A stretch of DNA of 64,000 nt from the NCBI GenBank assembly GCA_016699875.1, contig CP064989.1, forward strand, positions 648,788 through 712,787, given 5' to 3'. The translations under genes were made by a program, and so were the position numbers. The notes beneath the pieces were generated by a model. The model worked only from the letters and a program-made list of their open reading frames with translations. It searched no databases and was not told the origin of the DNA. Shown one piece after another: positions 50,467 to 60,600 of the stretch. Source of the DNA: Candidatus Moraniibacteriota bacterium (GTDB lineage Bacteria; Patescibacteriota; Minisyncoccia; Moranbacterales; UBA1568). The number at the start of each line of letters is the position of its first letter. Within the stretch, counting starts at the first letter, position 1.

Positions 50467-50530
50467 AAGTTCTAAGTTCATCCACTAGAGGGAGCCATTT
50501 AAAAAAGAGGCTTAGATTAGCCTCTTTTTT
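50467..50530 (+). repeat. island 3' box, copy 4, plus terminator
   Basis: AAAGTTCTAAGTTCATCCACTAGAGGGAGCC..AAGAGGCTTAGATTAGCCTCTTTTTT. Shares an extended roughly 110-bp unit with copy 5. Confidence 0.7.
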
Positions 50531-50695
50531 GTTTTTTCTGAATGCATACTAAAACATATTGACATAAATTTTAACATGTGCTATTTTAAAACGTTGTTTT
50601 GAGGTCTATTTATTTGGCTTATGGCACAATAAATACTTCAACAACAGATGATAAATTTGTTTTTTTGTTTTACAACACTACGTTGGAGGTCTACC

Positions 50696-50989
50696 ATGTC
50701 AAACGGAAGAACCTACGCTGTTCCGGCAGAGGATATCAAAAAGTATGTGGATCAGGCAATAGCGCAGCTTGGCCTCGATCCGGTGTTCGTGGATGACATG
50801 GACAGTGCCATGTATGCGCATCACCTTGTGTACCATTCCGAAAATGCAAGTGTTGCGAGGGAAGTATTTAATATGCCAGAGGCTTCCATTAGCGAACTAG
50901 CTCGGAAAATGGCTGATGCTGACGGGGAAACTATTACGAAAATTGAGAAAGATGAAAGGTATCAGTTGCCCCCCCCCTCATACAGGTGA
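50696..50989 (+). CDS. hypothetical protein
   Basis: 97 aa. RBS GGAGGTCTACC before the ATG. A TTGACA-17-TATTTT promoter lies upstream (about 50560). Confidence 0.4.
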   Translation: MSNGRTYAVPAEDIKKYVDQAIAQLGLDPVFVDDMDSAMYAHHLVYHSENASVAREVFNMPEASISELARKMADADGETITKIEKDERYQLPPPSYR

Positions 50990-51102
50990 GCGATGATCAA
51001 TAACTGATTACCCACCGCAGGAATCTGCCTCGGTGGGTTCTTGCTTTTTATGTCAAAGTCCATTCCAATTTCCGAAACACTTTCATAATTTCTCCCAAAT
51101 CC

Positions 51103-51175
51103 AGAGTTCTAAGTTTGTCCACCAGGCGGAGCAGCGCTAAATAGAGGCTTTAAAAAAGCTTTAATTTTTGTTTTT
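51103..51175 (+). repeat. island 3' box, copy 5
   Basis: AGAGTTCTAAGTTTGTCCACCAGGCGGAGC...ATAGAGGCTTTAAAAAAGCTTTAATTTTTG. Confidence 0.7.
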
Positions 51176-51314
51176 GTGGAGGGCTTTCTGGTTTGTTGGG
51201 AGAAACAAAAAATGATTTTGATTTACAGCTTAGCTATATTTACTTGCATAGAATATAACTAAGATGTACTATAGTTAGTATCGGGTAGATAAAATGTAAC
51301 TAAATTGCAAAGGT

Positions 51315-52484
51315 ATGATTTTAGGGAAATTTATTCGACAAAATACCGGTAGTATAGGCGAATATAAGGCATTTATACCAGACAAGTTCCCTCCAAAGGG
51401 CGGATTTTCGTTTTCTCCGGACATAGTGAAACAAGATGCAAAAGCCCAACATTTAGTAAGTAAGCTTGATGGAATTACTCAATTGCTTCCCGATGTCGAC
51501 TTTTTCATTTTCATGTATATCTTGAAAGATGCGACGTCATCAAGCCAGATTGAAGGTACGGGTGCTACCATGATTCATGCCCTGGAAGCGGAGGCTAAGA
51601 TTGATGTTGACCTTCCTGATGATGTCGACGATATCGTTCACTATATCAATGCACTTAACAAGGGCATGGAAATGCTTGGTAAACTTCCAATAAGTAGCAG
51701 ACTTGTGAAATCGATTCATAAGGAGCTGATGCAAGGAGCGCGATCGACCCATGATGCCGTTCCTGGTGAGTTTCGTCATGATCAGAATTGGATCAATGGT
51801 ACGAAACCTCAGGATGCGAAATTTGTTCCGCCGCCGGTACACGAAATGCAGCGAGCGCTCGACGATTGGGAAAAATTCGTACATAAAGATGATAATCTAC
51901 TTCCGCTTACCAAGGCCGCTATGTTGCATGGACAGTTCGAGACCATTCATCCATTTCGAGACGGTAATGGAAGAACTGGTCGCATGATAACCACGCTTTA
52001 CCTTCATGAAGCTGGTCTTCTCGAAAAACCAACACTGTTTCTCTCGTCGTATTTTAAGAGATATCAAAAGACATACTATGCTCGACTTGAAGGGTATCAC
52101 TCGGGTGAGGTTGAGGAATGGGTGCGATTCTTTTTGACTGGTGTAGCGGAAACGGCACAGGAAGCAATTGAAACTGTACATCGAATTACGAAGCTGCGCG
52201 AACGAGATATTTTGAAGATACAAGGTTTGGACAAAAGATCCTCGCAGAGCGCTATAGTTGTACTCCCGCAACTCTTTGCCTTGCCAATTATCGATATTGT
52301 GACAGTGAGCAGATGGACCGGTTTTAGTCAGAACGGGGCGCAAAAGCTGGTTGATCGATTCGTTGATCTCGGCATTTTGCATATTCGCGATGAGAATCGG
52401 AAATATCGACGGTCGTATATTTACAAAGATTATGTTGATATTTTTTATGACGCTCGAAGAGAAAAAAATGAAGCAATTGAATAG
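51315..52484 (+). CDS. Fic-family protein (AMPylase/ADP-ribosyltransferase-like), copy 1
   Basis: HPFRDGNGRTGR Fic motif. C-terminal wHTH-like region. 389 aa. Confidence 0.85.
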   Translation: MILGKFIRQNTGSIGEYKAFIPDKFPPKGGFSFSPDIVKQDAKAQHLVSKLDGITQLLPDVDFFIFMYILKDATSSSQIEGTGATMIHALEAEAKIDVDLPDDVDDIVHYINALNKGMEMLGKLPISSRLVKSIHKELMQGARSTHDAVPGEFRHDQNWINGTKPQDAKFVPPPVHEMQRALDDWEKFVHKDDNLLPLTKAAMLHGQFETIHPFRDGNGRTGRMITTLYLHEAGLLEKPTLFLSSYFKRYQKTYYARLEGYHSGEVEEWVRFFLTGVAETAQEAIETVHRITKLRERDILKIQGLDKRSSQSAIVVLPQLFALPIIDIVTVSRWTGFSQNGAQKLVDRFVDLGILHIRDENRKYRRSYIYKDYVDIFYDARREKNEAIE

Positions 52485-52519
52485 GTTTCGGAGTTTTTTG
52501 CTATGAACGAATTATTATT

Positions 52520-53178
52520 AGAACCTGTTTACAATCTTCCGGTACACTGAGGACATAATCCTCAAACCAAAAGAACCATGTATCCAAGCGACATAACCCG
52601 AGAACAATTCGAACACATCAGACCATTTCTCGAATCAACCAGGAAGAGAACCAAACCAAAGACACTTGATTCCTATGACGTATTCAACGCTCTGCTCTAC
52701 ATTCTGGTCACGGGTTGCCAATGGAGGGCACTTCCCAAGGATTATCCAAAATGGCAGAGTGTCTATCGACACTTCCTTGTCTGGAAGGAACGAAAAAACA
52801 AACAGACAGAGAGTATGCTTGAGCAAGTCTTAAAAAAAATTGGTCGAACAAGAACGTATGAAAAATGGCAAACAATGCAAAACCAGTTTCTGCATCGTTG
52901 ATGCTCAAAGTGTCAAGAATACAGATACGGCTCGAGAAAAAGGTTATGATGCAGGAAAAAAAGTTTCCGGTATCAAGCGACATATTCTCGTTGACACCAA
53001 CGGATTGCCGCATGCGTTCACGGTAACCACTGCTAACGTCACTGATCGAAAGAGAAGTTTCTCCTGGCTGGAGAAATGCCGAAGGCTCTGGAAGAATTGC
53101 GAACGGACACTGGATTCGAGCTTACAGATGATGGTTTTAAGTTTTGATCGATTGTTGTTGAAAAGATTGTAAACAGGT
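52520..53178 (+). mobile_element. internally deleted IS5-family element (IS427-like) with intact 18-bp terminal IRs
   Basis: IRL AGAACCTGTTTACAATCT (52520..52537) is the reverse complement of IRR (53160..53178). Only about 660 bp long. Confidence 0.7.
52578..53172 (+). pseudogene. IS5-family transposase remnant (orfA-like plus frameshifted, truncated orfB-like)
   Basis: FNALLYILVTGCQWRALP (DUF4096-like), then IVDAQSVKNTDTAREKGYDAGKKVSGIKRHILVDTNGLPHAFTVTTANVTD in the -1 frame, then a further frameshift and premature end. Confidence 0.65.
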
Positions 53179-53216
53179 TCTAAGACGTCTTAAGTAAGCC
53201 TAATTATTTATAAGAC

Positions 53217-53282
53217 AGGTTCTGACATCGTCCAGTGCTCGGAGCAGATGAAATAGAGGCTCATACAAGCCTCTGTTTTTAT
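53217..53282 (+). repeat. island 3' box, copy 6, plus terminator
   Basis: CAGGTTCTGACATCGTCCAGTGCTCGGAGC..ATAGAGGCTCATACAAGCCTCTGTTTTT. Confidence 0.7.
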
Positions 53283-53359
53283 GCTCTTACCAAGCAGATT
53301 CAGTCGTATCAATAAAAAACAGTGAATATTGTGATACTTATGCATTTTGTTAACTGTAA

Positions 53360-53388
53360 ATTGACAGAATATAGTGAATAGAATATAA
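53360..53388 (+). promoter_or_regulatory. consensus sigma70 promoter (TTGACA-17-TATAAT) for Fic copy 2
   Basis: Perfect -35 and -10 hexamers with 17-bp spacing, 27 bp upstream of the ATG at 53415. Confidence 0.55.
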
Positions 53389-53414
53389 TAAACACATAAT
53401 ATTCACTAAAAAAT

Positions 53415-54305
53415 ATGGCCATTACTAAACCAATTCGGAATCGTATTCAAAAATTAAAGAAAGAATTTGACGCTTTAAGAAAGGGAAAGGAGTCGCTTCT
53501 GACTCTTATTGATGAAGCTGAAATTCCGGAGAGTGTCTACAACTCTAATGCTATTGAGAATTCAACGCTGACGCTCCAGGAGACCGAAAAAATACTCCTT
53601 GATATTGCCGTATCGCGAGATGTATCTGTGCGGGAAGTCTTTGAAGCGAAGAATCTCGCTCGTGTTATCAACTATATCCGTACAAAGTCCCAGGAAAAAG
53701 AAATTGATAGGGATGTAATTTTACTCTTGCATCAGATGCTCATTGGAGGCATTAAAGATGAGATTGCGGGGCGTTTCCGAAATAAAGGAGAGTATGTTCG
53801 AGTGGGAACATATATCGCTCCGGCTCCGGAGCATATCAATCTGATGCTTGACTCGATCCTTTCCGAATACGGAAGCGATCATGATTCATATTTTCTTGAT
53901 AAAATAGCGAAGTTCCATCTACATTTCGAAAATGTTCATCCATTTTGCGATGGTAATGGTCGGATTGGCCGGGCTCTTGTCTGTTATCAACTGCTTCGAT
54001 TGGGATTTCCTTTGGTCATCGTTCGAAATAAAGAGAAAGAAATTTATTATAAAGCATTTTCAGATTATCGTGATCAAAAGAATTCGAAAACTATGGAAAA
54101 AATGTTTTCCCTGGCTCTTACAGAATCATTGCATAAGCGTATCACCTACCTGAAAGGAGAGAACGTTATTACTCTTTCCGAATATGCTAAGAAACATGGC
54201 GAATCGTCACCCGCCCTCTCGAATGCAGCTCGTCGACAGAATATTCCGGCTTTCCGAGAGAAGGGAGTTTGGAAGATCGGTGAGAAATTCAAAAAAGACC
54301 GGTAG
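53415..54305 (+). CDS. Fic-family protein, copy 2 (shorter, divergent)
   Basis: HPFCDGNGRIGR Fic motif. 296 aa. Confidence 0.85.
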   Translation: MAITKPIRNRIQKLKKEFDALRKGKESLLTLIDEAEIPESVYNSNAIENSTLTLQETEKILLDIAVSRDVSVREVFEAKNLARVINYIRTKSQEKEIDRDVILLLHQMLIGGIKDEIAGRFRNKGEYVRVGTYIAPAPEHINLMLDSILSEYGSDHDSYFLDKIAKFHLHFENVHPFCDGNGRIGRALVCYQLLRLGFPLVIVRNKEKEIYYKAFSDYRDQKNSKTMEKMFSLALTESLHKRITYLKGENVITLSEYAKKHGESSPALSNAARRQNIPAFREKGVWKIGEKFKKDR

Positions 54306-54327
54306 AGGATTTACTTGTTTTCTCAAG

Positions 54328-54392
54328 TAGGCTCGAACTTCTTTGAGAGCTCGGAGCTAGTAAAAGCAAGGCTTAATAGAGCTTTGTTTTTG
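54328..54392 (+). repeat. island 3' box, copy 7
   Basis: TAGGCTCGAACTTCTTTGAGAGCTCGGAGC...hairpin...GTTTTTG. Confidence 0.65.
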
Positions 54393-54518
54393 TTACCGAA
54401 GGAGGATTTAAACGGTCTGGACAGAAGCAACAAAGTATGCTATTATTAGAGGTCAGTTGAAATGACTGACCATTGTTGGGATGTTTCCGCAATGTCTTCC
54501 TGAAAGAGGATTGCAATC

Positions 54519-54962
54519 ATGTCACTTAAAAAATATACCCTCCCGAATCTACTCACATCGTTGTATGAAAGTGCAACAAAAGCGCTTCATGTAATTTGGT
54601 CAGACCGATTTGTAGTCATTCATGGGACTATTGTAAACCGTGAAGGGTCAAATTGGATTGTCAACCTGACCGTGCAGGTGCACTTCAAAACACCGCATTA
54701 TCACGGATGGACATTCCTTGAAGTTTCTGTGCATGTGAGTGAGTCTTTAAGGCATGCGACTGACAACGGACCCATCCTTGTCGAGGTGAAAAATCCTAAA
54801 ATGGATCCTCCTAAAATCATGATTGCCAGAGTTCTCGTCTGGAAGGACTGCTACAACCCAGACAATCCTCTGGACGCCTGGGGTCGGATGTATGTACGCG
54901 ACGACGACAAAAAAGACTTGGAGGTCATAGAGTACCTTGTATTGGAGGGAATTGTCGACTGA
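54519..54962 (+). CDS. hypothetical protein
   Basis: 147 aa. No motif. Confidence 0.4.
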   Translation: MSLKKYTLPNLLTSLYESATKALHVIWSDRFVVIHGTIVNREGSNWIVNLTVQVHFKTPHYHGWTFLEVSVHVSESLRHATDNGPILVEVKNPKMDPPKIMIARVLVWKDCYNPDNPLDAWGRMYVRDDDKKDLEVIEYLVLEGIVD

Positions 54963-55059
54963 TTCTCCCTGAGAAGAAGCTCCCAAAGGATAACTATCCG
55001 GCGGGAGCTTTTCAATTTCAAATGCTCAGCATGTAGATTTGAACTCGGTGCTTGATCCC

Positions 55060-55128
55060 CTTAATACATGGGTTCGTACTTCGTCCAACATGTGGAGCTA
55101 GTTTGGATGGTTTGTCCCCAAGGCAGAT
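55060..55128 (+). repeat. island 3' box, copy 8
   Basis: GGGTTCGTACTTCGTCCAACATGTGGAGC...GATTTTTTG. Confidence 0.6.
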
Positions 55129-55322
55129 TTTTTGTTTATATTAATCTTTGTTTTTATCCTGTAGATAAATGATTTCTGTACTCGGGAGAGCTTTTCTTCT
55201 TTAAGACTTGGTTCGAGAGGATACAAAATTAAGAAATTGCTGCTCTTGCTCGATATTTTCCTCTAGGAAGGTGGTCTTTGCTTAGCTGGCAGTTTTGACT
55301 AGGGATACCCGGGTAAACTATA

Positions 55323-55351
55323 TTGACAATTTATACTTCATGTCGTATAGT
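55323..55351 (+). promoter_or_regulatory. consensus-like promoter (TTGACA-17-TATAGT)
   Basis: Upstream of the 393-aa ORF. Confidence 0.45.
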
Positions 55352-55417
55352 GAGTTGTCAGTCTGGAAATCCAGGTATGACAAAACCCGATAGTAACTTA
55401 ACAGAGGACTAGACAGA

Positions 55418-56599
55418 ATGAGTAACAGCACCATTTTCTTTGAAGAAGCTCTGCGCGAAGTTGGTGTGAGCGATGTGGCGATTGCTGCCTTGATCGATAA
55501 CGAATACACTGATGTCAGCCAGTTGACTAACCTTGATGTCAATGACTTTTTGGCACTAGGCATCAAGGGTCGTCCAGCCTCGCTTTTGGCAGAAAAGTTC
55601 GGTAGACGTTCTGGCGGTCAATCAGTAGATTTGGATCAATCTACTTCGAAGCAGCCCATCAAGGTCGAGGTATCGTTGCCGAAATCGTTCGATCAAATGG
55701 GAACTTCCGAACTTCTCTCACAGCTCGCTGATACCAGTAACGCAGATGCGTTGTCGACATTGCTAGGTAAGCCGGAAGTGATTGCTGCTTCGGCTAGGAC
55801 GGATTCATGGGCTATTCCTGGCACTGGTGGAACGAAGCTGGATGTCGACGCGACAATGGCGTACATTCGCTATCTCGGTAAGCCAGGGGCAACTCCCCAA
55901 CGCCTGTATCAGGGACGTCGTCCCAAGAGCATCCATGTCATCCTTGGCGTTGTCGAGAAGACCCTGGTTAACCCATTTACGGGCGAGCCGGTGGTTGAGG
56001 GTTTGGATGCATCCGGAAATGACTGGTCGAAGACTGATCGTATCCTCATGAAAGCGATTTTGTGGGCGCGATTCACTCGACATAGGTTCTTCCCAGCCGC
56101 CATCGATCCATTCTCAGCCTTTGAGGAAATTTCTCAGCAGCCGCTGCCGCGGCGTTGGCAAGGTATTTTGGATGATTACAACGCGGCGGTCGAGGATGAA
56201 GATCCCGCGGCCTTGGGTGTGAGCTTGGCGTGGAAGGCTCCTACTGCTACCAATACCAACGGTAAGGGTGATACGATTGGCGGTGTCGCTGCTGAACAGC
56301 GGACTCGTGGCGCAGCGCTTGACCCGGAGTCTTTTGTCCGGGCGAAGTGTCAGGGTGCTGGTACTTTGTCCGGTATGGATTCAAAACTTGTTGGTGTCTT
56401 TTCGACTGTTGCTGTTTCTGGAATGAATCAGTCAGTCTGTGTTATAGTGCTGGATTCTTTTAAAGTAAGTGGTATGAATCAATCCGGCGTTGTTTACCTT
56501 GCTCCAGGTGCTGTCACAAAAGGATCGGGTATGGGAAACACCATCAGCATAGAACGGAAGAGTTGGGAACAGTTGGCTCAGATAGCCAGGGAATGGTAA
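55418..56599 (+). CDS. hypothetical protein (higher GC than its neighbours, two SGMNQS repeats near the C-terminus)
   Basis: 393 aa. No recognised domain. Confidence 0.45.
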   Translation: MSNSTIFFEEALREVGVSDVAIAALIDNEYTDVSQLTNLDVNDFLALGIKGRPASLLAEKFGRRSGGQSVDLDQSTSKQPIKVEVSLPKSFDQMGTSELLSQLADTSNADALSTLLGKPEVIAASARTDSWAIPGTGGTKLDVDATMAYIRYLGKPGATPQRLYQGRRPKSIHVILGVVEKTLVNPFTGEPVVEGLDASGNDWSKTDRILMKAILWARFTRHRFFPAAIDPFSAFEEISQQPLPRRWQGILDDYNAAVEDEDPAALGVSLAWKAPTATNTNGKGDTIGGVAAEQRTRGAALDPESFVRAKCQGAGTLSGMDSKLVGVFSTVAVSGMNQSVCVIVLDSFKVSGMNQSGVVYLAPGAVTKGSGMGNTISIERKSWEQLAQIAREW

Positions 56600-56674
56600 T
56601 AGTCCGTTAGCATCCTTCTAAAAGGAGCTTTATCAGGCGGTAGACTAGCATGTCTGCCGCTTTATTTTTTTAAA

Positions 56675-56705
56675 GAGGTTCGAACTTCTTCCATCGCTTG
56701 GGCAT
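56675..56705 (+). repeat. island 3' box, copy 9
   Basis: GAGGTTCGAACTTCTTCCATCGCTTGGGC. Confidence 0.55.
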
Positions 56706-56778
56706 TAAACGAGTGCCACGAGATTTTGAGTCTGTAACAGAGTATCTTCTGGATCAGGAAATATCCTCCCCCACTCAA

Positions 56779-56838
56779 ACGTTCGAAGGCTGTCCATCCA
56801 AGAGCAGATCAAATAGAGACTTGTATGATTCCCTATTT
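56779..56838 (+). repeat. island 3' box, copy 10 (degenerate)
   Basis: AACGTTCGAAGGCTGTCCATCCAAGAGCAGATCAAATAGAGACTTGTATGATTCCCTATTTTG. Confidence 0.45.
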
Positions 56839-56933
56839 TGTACCTTGGATCGAGGTTTATAATTCCGGGGTTGACCTTGGTAGTACTTCTGATGTAGAAT
56901 TCGACTTCTTTAACAACAAAAGGAGCGGGTGTA

Positions 56934-57365
56934 ATGAAAAAAATACCCTCAACGCTCGAACGTGTTCTTGCTGAAGTTGAGCTGGGAAATGTGCAGACGG
57001 AACAAGCTTTAGTCGATTTCAATCCAAACGGCATACCAATTAATTATCTTTTGTACTTCTGTGAACTGCCCGATGGGACAGTTGTATATTTTGGTCGCGA
57101 GAGTATATTCAAAGATCGTAGATTAATTCTTCGAGAGGATTTCCTTGCTGTTGGCAAGAATAAACAGCGCGTCAAAGATGGTCTCAAGTACCCGACGCTT
57201 CGATCCCCAACGTTCCTTAAGGAAGGGTTTGATGATGTTGAGATGATCGAACCACTTGCTTATGAAGTGCTGCCTAGAGAACAGCATGCGGATGCTCTTG
57301 AATACAACAAGGTGTTGCAGCAGACTCTCGAGAGACTTTATCGAGCTCTCACATTGAATGACTGA
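56934..57365 (+). CDS. hypothetical protein
   Basis: 143 aa. RBS AAAGGAGCGGGTGTA before the ATG. Confidence 0.4.
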   Translation: MKKIPSTLERVLAEVELGNVQTEQALVDFNPNGIPINYLLYFCELPDGTVVYFGRESIFKDRRLILREDFLAVGKNKQRVKDGLKYPTLRSPTFLKEGFDDVEMIEPLAYEVLPREQHADALEYNKVLQQTLERLYRALTLND

Positions 57366-57574
57366 CTCCCTTATAAATTCAAATATAAGTGGCACACGAC
57401 CCGCCAAAAGAGGTCGTTTTTTATTTTCCACATGCATATGTACAGTTAACACTCAAGGGTAACACTTTGTAACATTTTCTCACGAGGAGTCAGTCCGTTT
57501 AAGGATAAATGAATCCGTTCGTAATTGTAGTACCGTAATCACGCTTCTCTCGTTGTCCACACTCTCAGAGGATT

Positions 57575-57588
57575 CTGATGGTATAATA
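57575..57588 (+). promoter_or_regulatory. extended -10 promoter (TGgTATAAT) upstream of the giant surface-protein gene
   Basis: ctgaTGgTATAATatc, 26 bp before the ATG at 57614. Confidence 0.35.
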
Positions 57589-57613
57589 TCGAGTATCAGA
57601 CTTCTTTGATTGT

Positions 57614-60600
57614 ATGAGTCAAGAAAAGTTGAGCGCGCGTTTACTTTGGTCATTTGGACCTGTTTTTGTGGCGGGCATTTTTCTCTGTATCTTTCCTAAA
57701 AGCGCTTCAGCTGAATGGTTGGCGAACTGGCAGTATCGAAAGGCAATTACCATCACAGGTCAATCAGGCGCGGGAACGGATTTTCAGATGAAGCTTCTCA
57801 TTGGAGAAAGCGCCGGATCATCGGGTGCGAATTTTAATCTTGGGGGAAATGCTGCGAACTTCCCCTCCGGGAAAGGTCAGGGGGGCGATCTCTTTTTTAC
57901 CGATAATGATGGTTCGACAGCTCTTTCATTTTGGGTGGAAAGTATCTCGGGATCGTCTCCAAATCGTACGGCGACAGTGTGGGTGAAGGTGGCCGATAAC
58001 TTGTCATCTACTCAGACTATCGATTGCTATTACGGGAATGAGGGTGCATCGAATGTGAGTAGCGGCGACAATACATTTTTGCTGTTTGACGATTTCGATG
58101 GAGCGAGTTTGGATACGGGGAAGTGGGCGAAGCAAAGTTCTGCGGGAGGATCTGTCTCTCTCGGGAGTTCGCAATTGACGTTGAGTAGCACCTCGACGTC
58201 TGACTATGTGTGGGTTGACTCAGTAAATACATACAGCATACCAACGTTGTCCGAAACGAAAGTAGATTCCTTTTCGCCGTCCGGAGCGACGTATCGTATG
58301 GGACAAACGACTGGCGTTACGCCGCGTGGAGACAATGGAAATCTGTATAGCGAGTACTCTGCCGATGCCCTGGGTACGAGCTATCGTATCGTGGGGGATA
58401 ACGCGTCAGCCGGTTGGTCGGTGTCAGTGACATCGCTCGGGTCGGACACGAGTGGCATCTGGTCTTTTGCTTGGCCTTCGACCGGTTCGCAGAAGTTCTT
58501 TGTCAACTACAGCCAAAAACTGACGGGGAGTGATAGTGTCAATAGTTTGAGTTCATACCACATGTATCTGGGCAATGCGATGTCGAGTGCGGGGTCGTCC
58601 AGGGTGGATTGGGCGAGAGTGAGGAAGTATGTATCAACGGAGCCGAGCGTGAGCAGTGTGGCGAGCGAGGAGAGTGTGTCAACGTGCATCGCCGGGAACT
58701 TTTCGGGAGGGTCGGGAATGGAGGCGGATCCATACCATGTGGCTACACTCAATGAGCTTGAGAGTGTGCGAACATGTTTGAACAGTCATTTTATTCAGAC
58801 GGCTGATATCGATGCCTCTGCTACGAGTACGTGGAATGGCGGTGATGGTTTCCATCCTATCGGCGACGGTACGGCTCAGTTTAGCGGGACATACGACGGA
58901 GACAGCCATGTGATTGACCATCTTTCAATCAATCAAACCGGAAATTATCGAGGGTTGTTCGGATATATAAAGGGGTCTTCGCCATATACGGCGGAAGTAA
59001 AAAATGTGGGACTGACGAATGCCACGGTACAAGGAACCTACATGATCGGTGTCCTCGCAGGATTTTTTGATGCAGCGCTCATTGATCGTTGTTATGCCAC
59101 GGGGAGCGTGACCAGCGATGCTCTTTCGCTCACCGACTGGACCAATGCCGGAGGTCTTGCGGGAAGGGGTTACCGGTCAAAAATCCAAAACTCTTGGGCA
59201 CATGTGACGGTGACAGCAAAAGGATATCGCAACGGAGGATTGGTAGGGCAGATGTGGGATGATGCTACGGATTCGTCTCAGATTCTCAGCTCTTTCAGTT
59301 TGGGTGATGTGGTGGGCGGGTCCACCTACACGGGAGGGCTGGTAGGCGTGATGAATGGCGGCATTATCCGAAACTCGTATGCTCGTGGAGATGTGACGCG
59401 CAGCTCCGGAGCAACTAGCGCAACACTCGGAGCCTTTATGGGCGGCTGGTATGACGATCAGTCGGAGGTTCACACCTCATACAGTACGGGGAACGTATAT
59501 TATGCCGGAACATCCGACCCGACAGACAGAGGATTTAGCGGAGGAAACATTACCAATGATGCTAACTTTTTTGACGGCGAAGTATCAAACCAATCAAGCG
59601 CTCTGGGCGCAACCGTCAAGACAATCGCGCAGATGAAGACTGTGGGCACGTTTACCGGGGCGGGGTGGAATTTCGGCTCCGTGTGGGGTATTGAAAGCGG
59701 AGCGAATGACGGATACCCGCGGTTACTCGCATCAAACGAACGAACGCTCACATATGCTGCCGGGGCGGGGGGAACTGTTTCCGGGACGACATTTCAAATT
59801 GTCTCTTCAGGATCAAGCGGTGCGGCGGTAACGGCGGTACCGAGTACGGGATATCATTTTGTAAACTGGAGCGACAGCTCGACTGACAATCCTCGGACCG
59901 ATACGAATGTTGCGAGCAGTGTTTCTGTTACTGCCAATTTTTCGCCTGATACTTTCACGCTCACGTACGCTGCCGGGACGGGCGGGTCTCTTAGTGGGTC
60001 GGCAACGCAGACCGTCTCGTATGGATCGGATGGCAGCGCTGTCGAGGTGGTCCCGTCGAGTGGTTACGCGTTTTCCAAATGGAGCGATGATGCGACTGAC
60101 AATCCTCGGACCGATACGAATATTACGACGGATGTTTCCGTTTCGGCTCTCTTTGTTGATTCGGGTGCTCCGACGATATCCGGAGCATCTGCTGTGCCAA
60201 CGGACAGCTCGGTAGATATCACATGGAACACAGACGAAGCGAGCACGTCTCAGGTATCGTATGGACTGACATCGTCTCTCGGATCTTCCACTGCCAAAGA
60301 CAGTTCGCTTGTTGGCAGTCATAGTGTGAACATAGGTTCACTCCATGCGTGTGCCCGCTACTTTGTGCGCCTGGTGTCGGATGATGCCGCGAGCAATACC
60401 GCAACATCGAGTATATTCACTTTTAGCACCCTTGGGTGCGACACCTCTGCGATCGAAGACGGCGGGGAAGAATCTGTGCCCACCAGCGGAGGGACAGTTT
60501 CTACCAATACCACAAAAGGAACGGCGTCCCTTACGATTCCCGGTGATTTCTATACTTCCGGTGGGATTCCCAAAGAGGCAACCTTTCAAATCAATACGCT

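Noticed and set aside
57366-57613. Searched for an integrase, recombinase or CRISPR array around the island
   Set aside because: No tyrosine or serine recombinase motifs and no repeat-spacer arrays are visible anywhere in the window.
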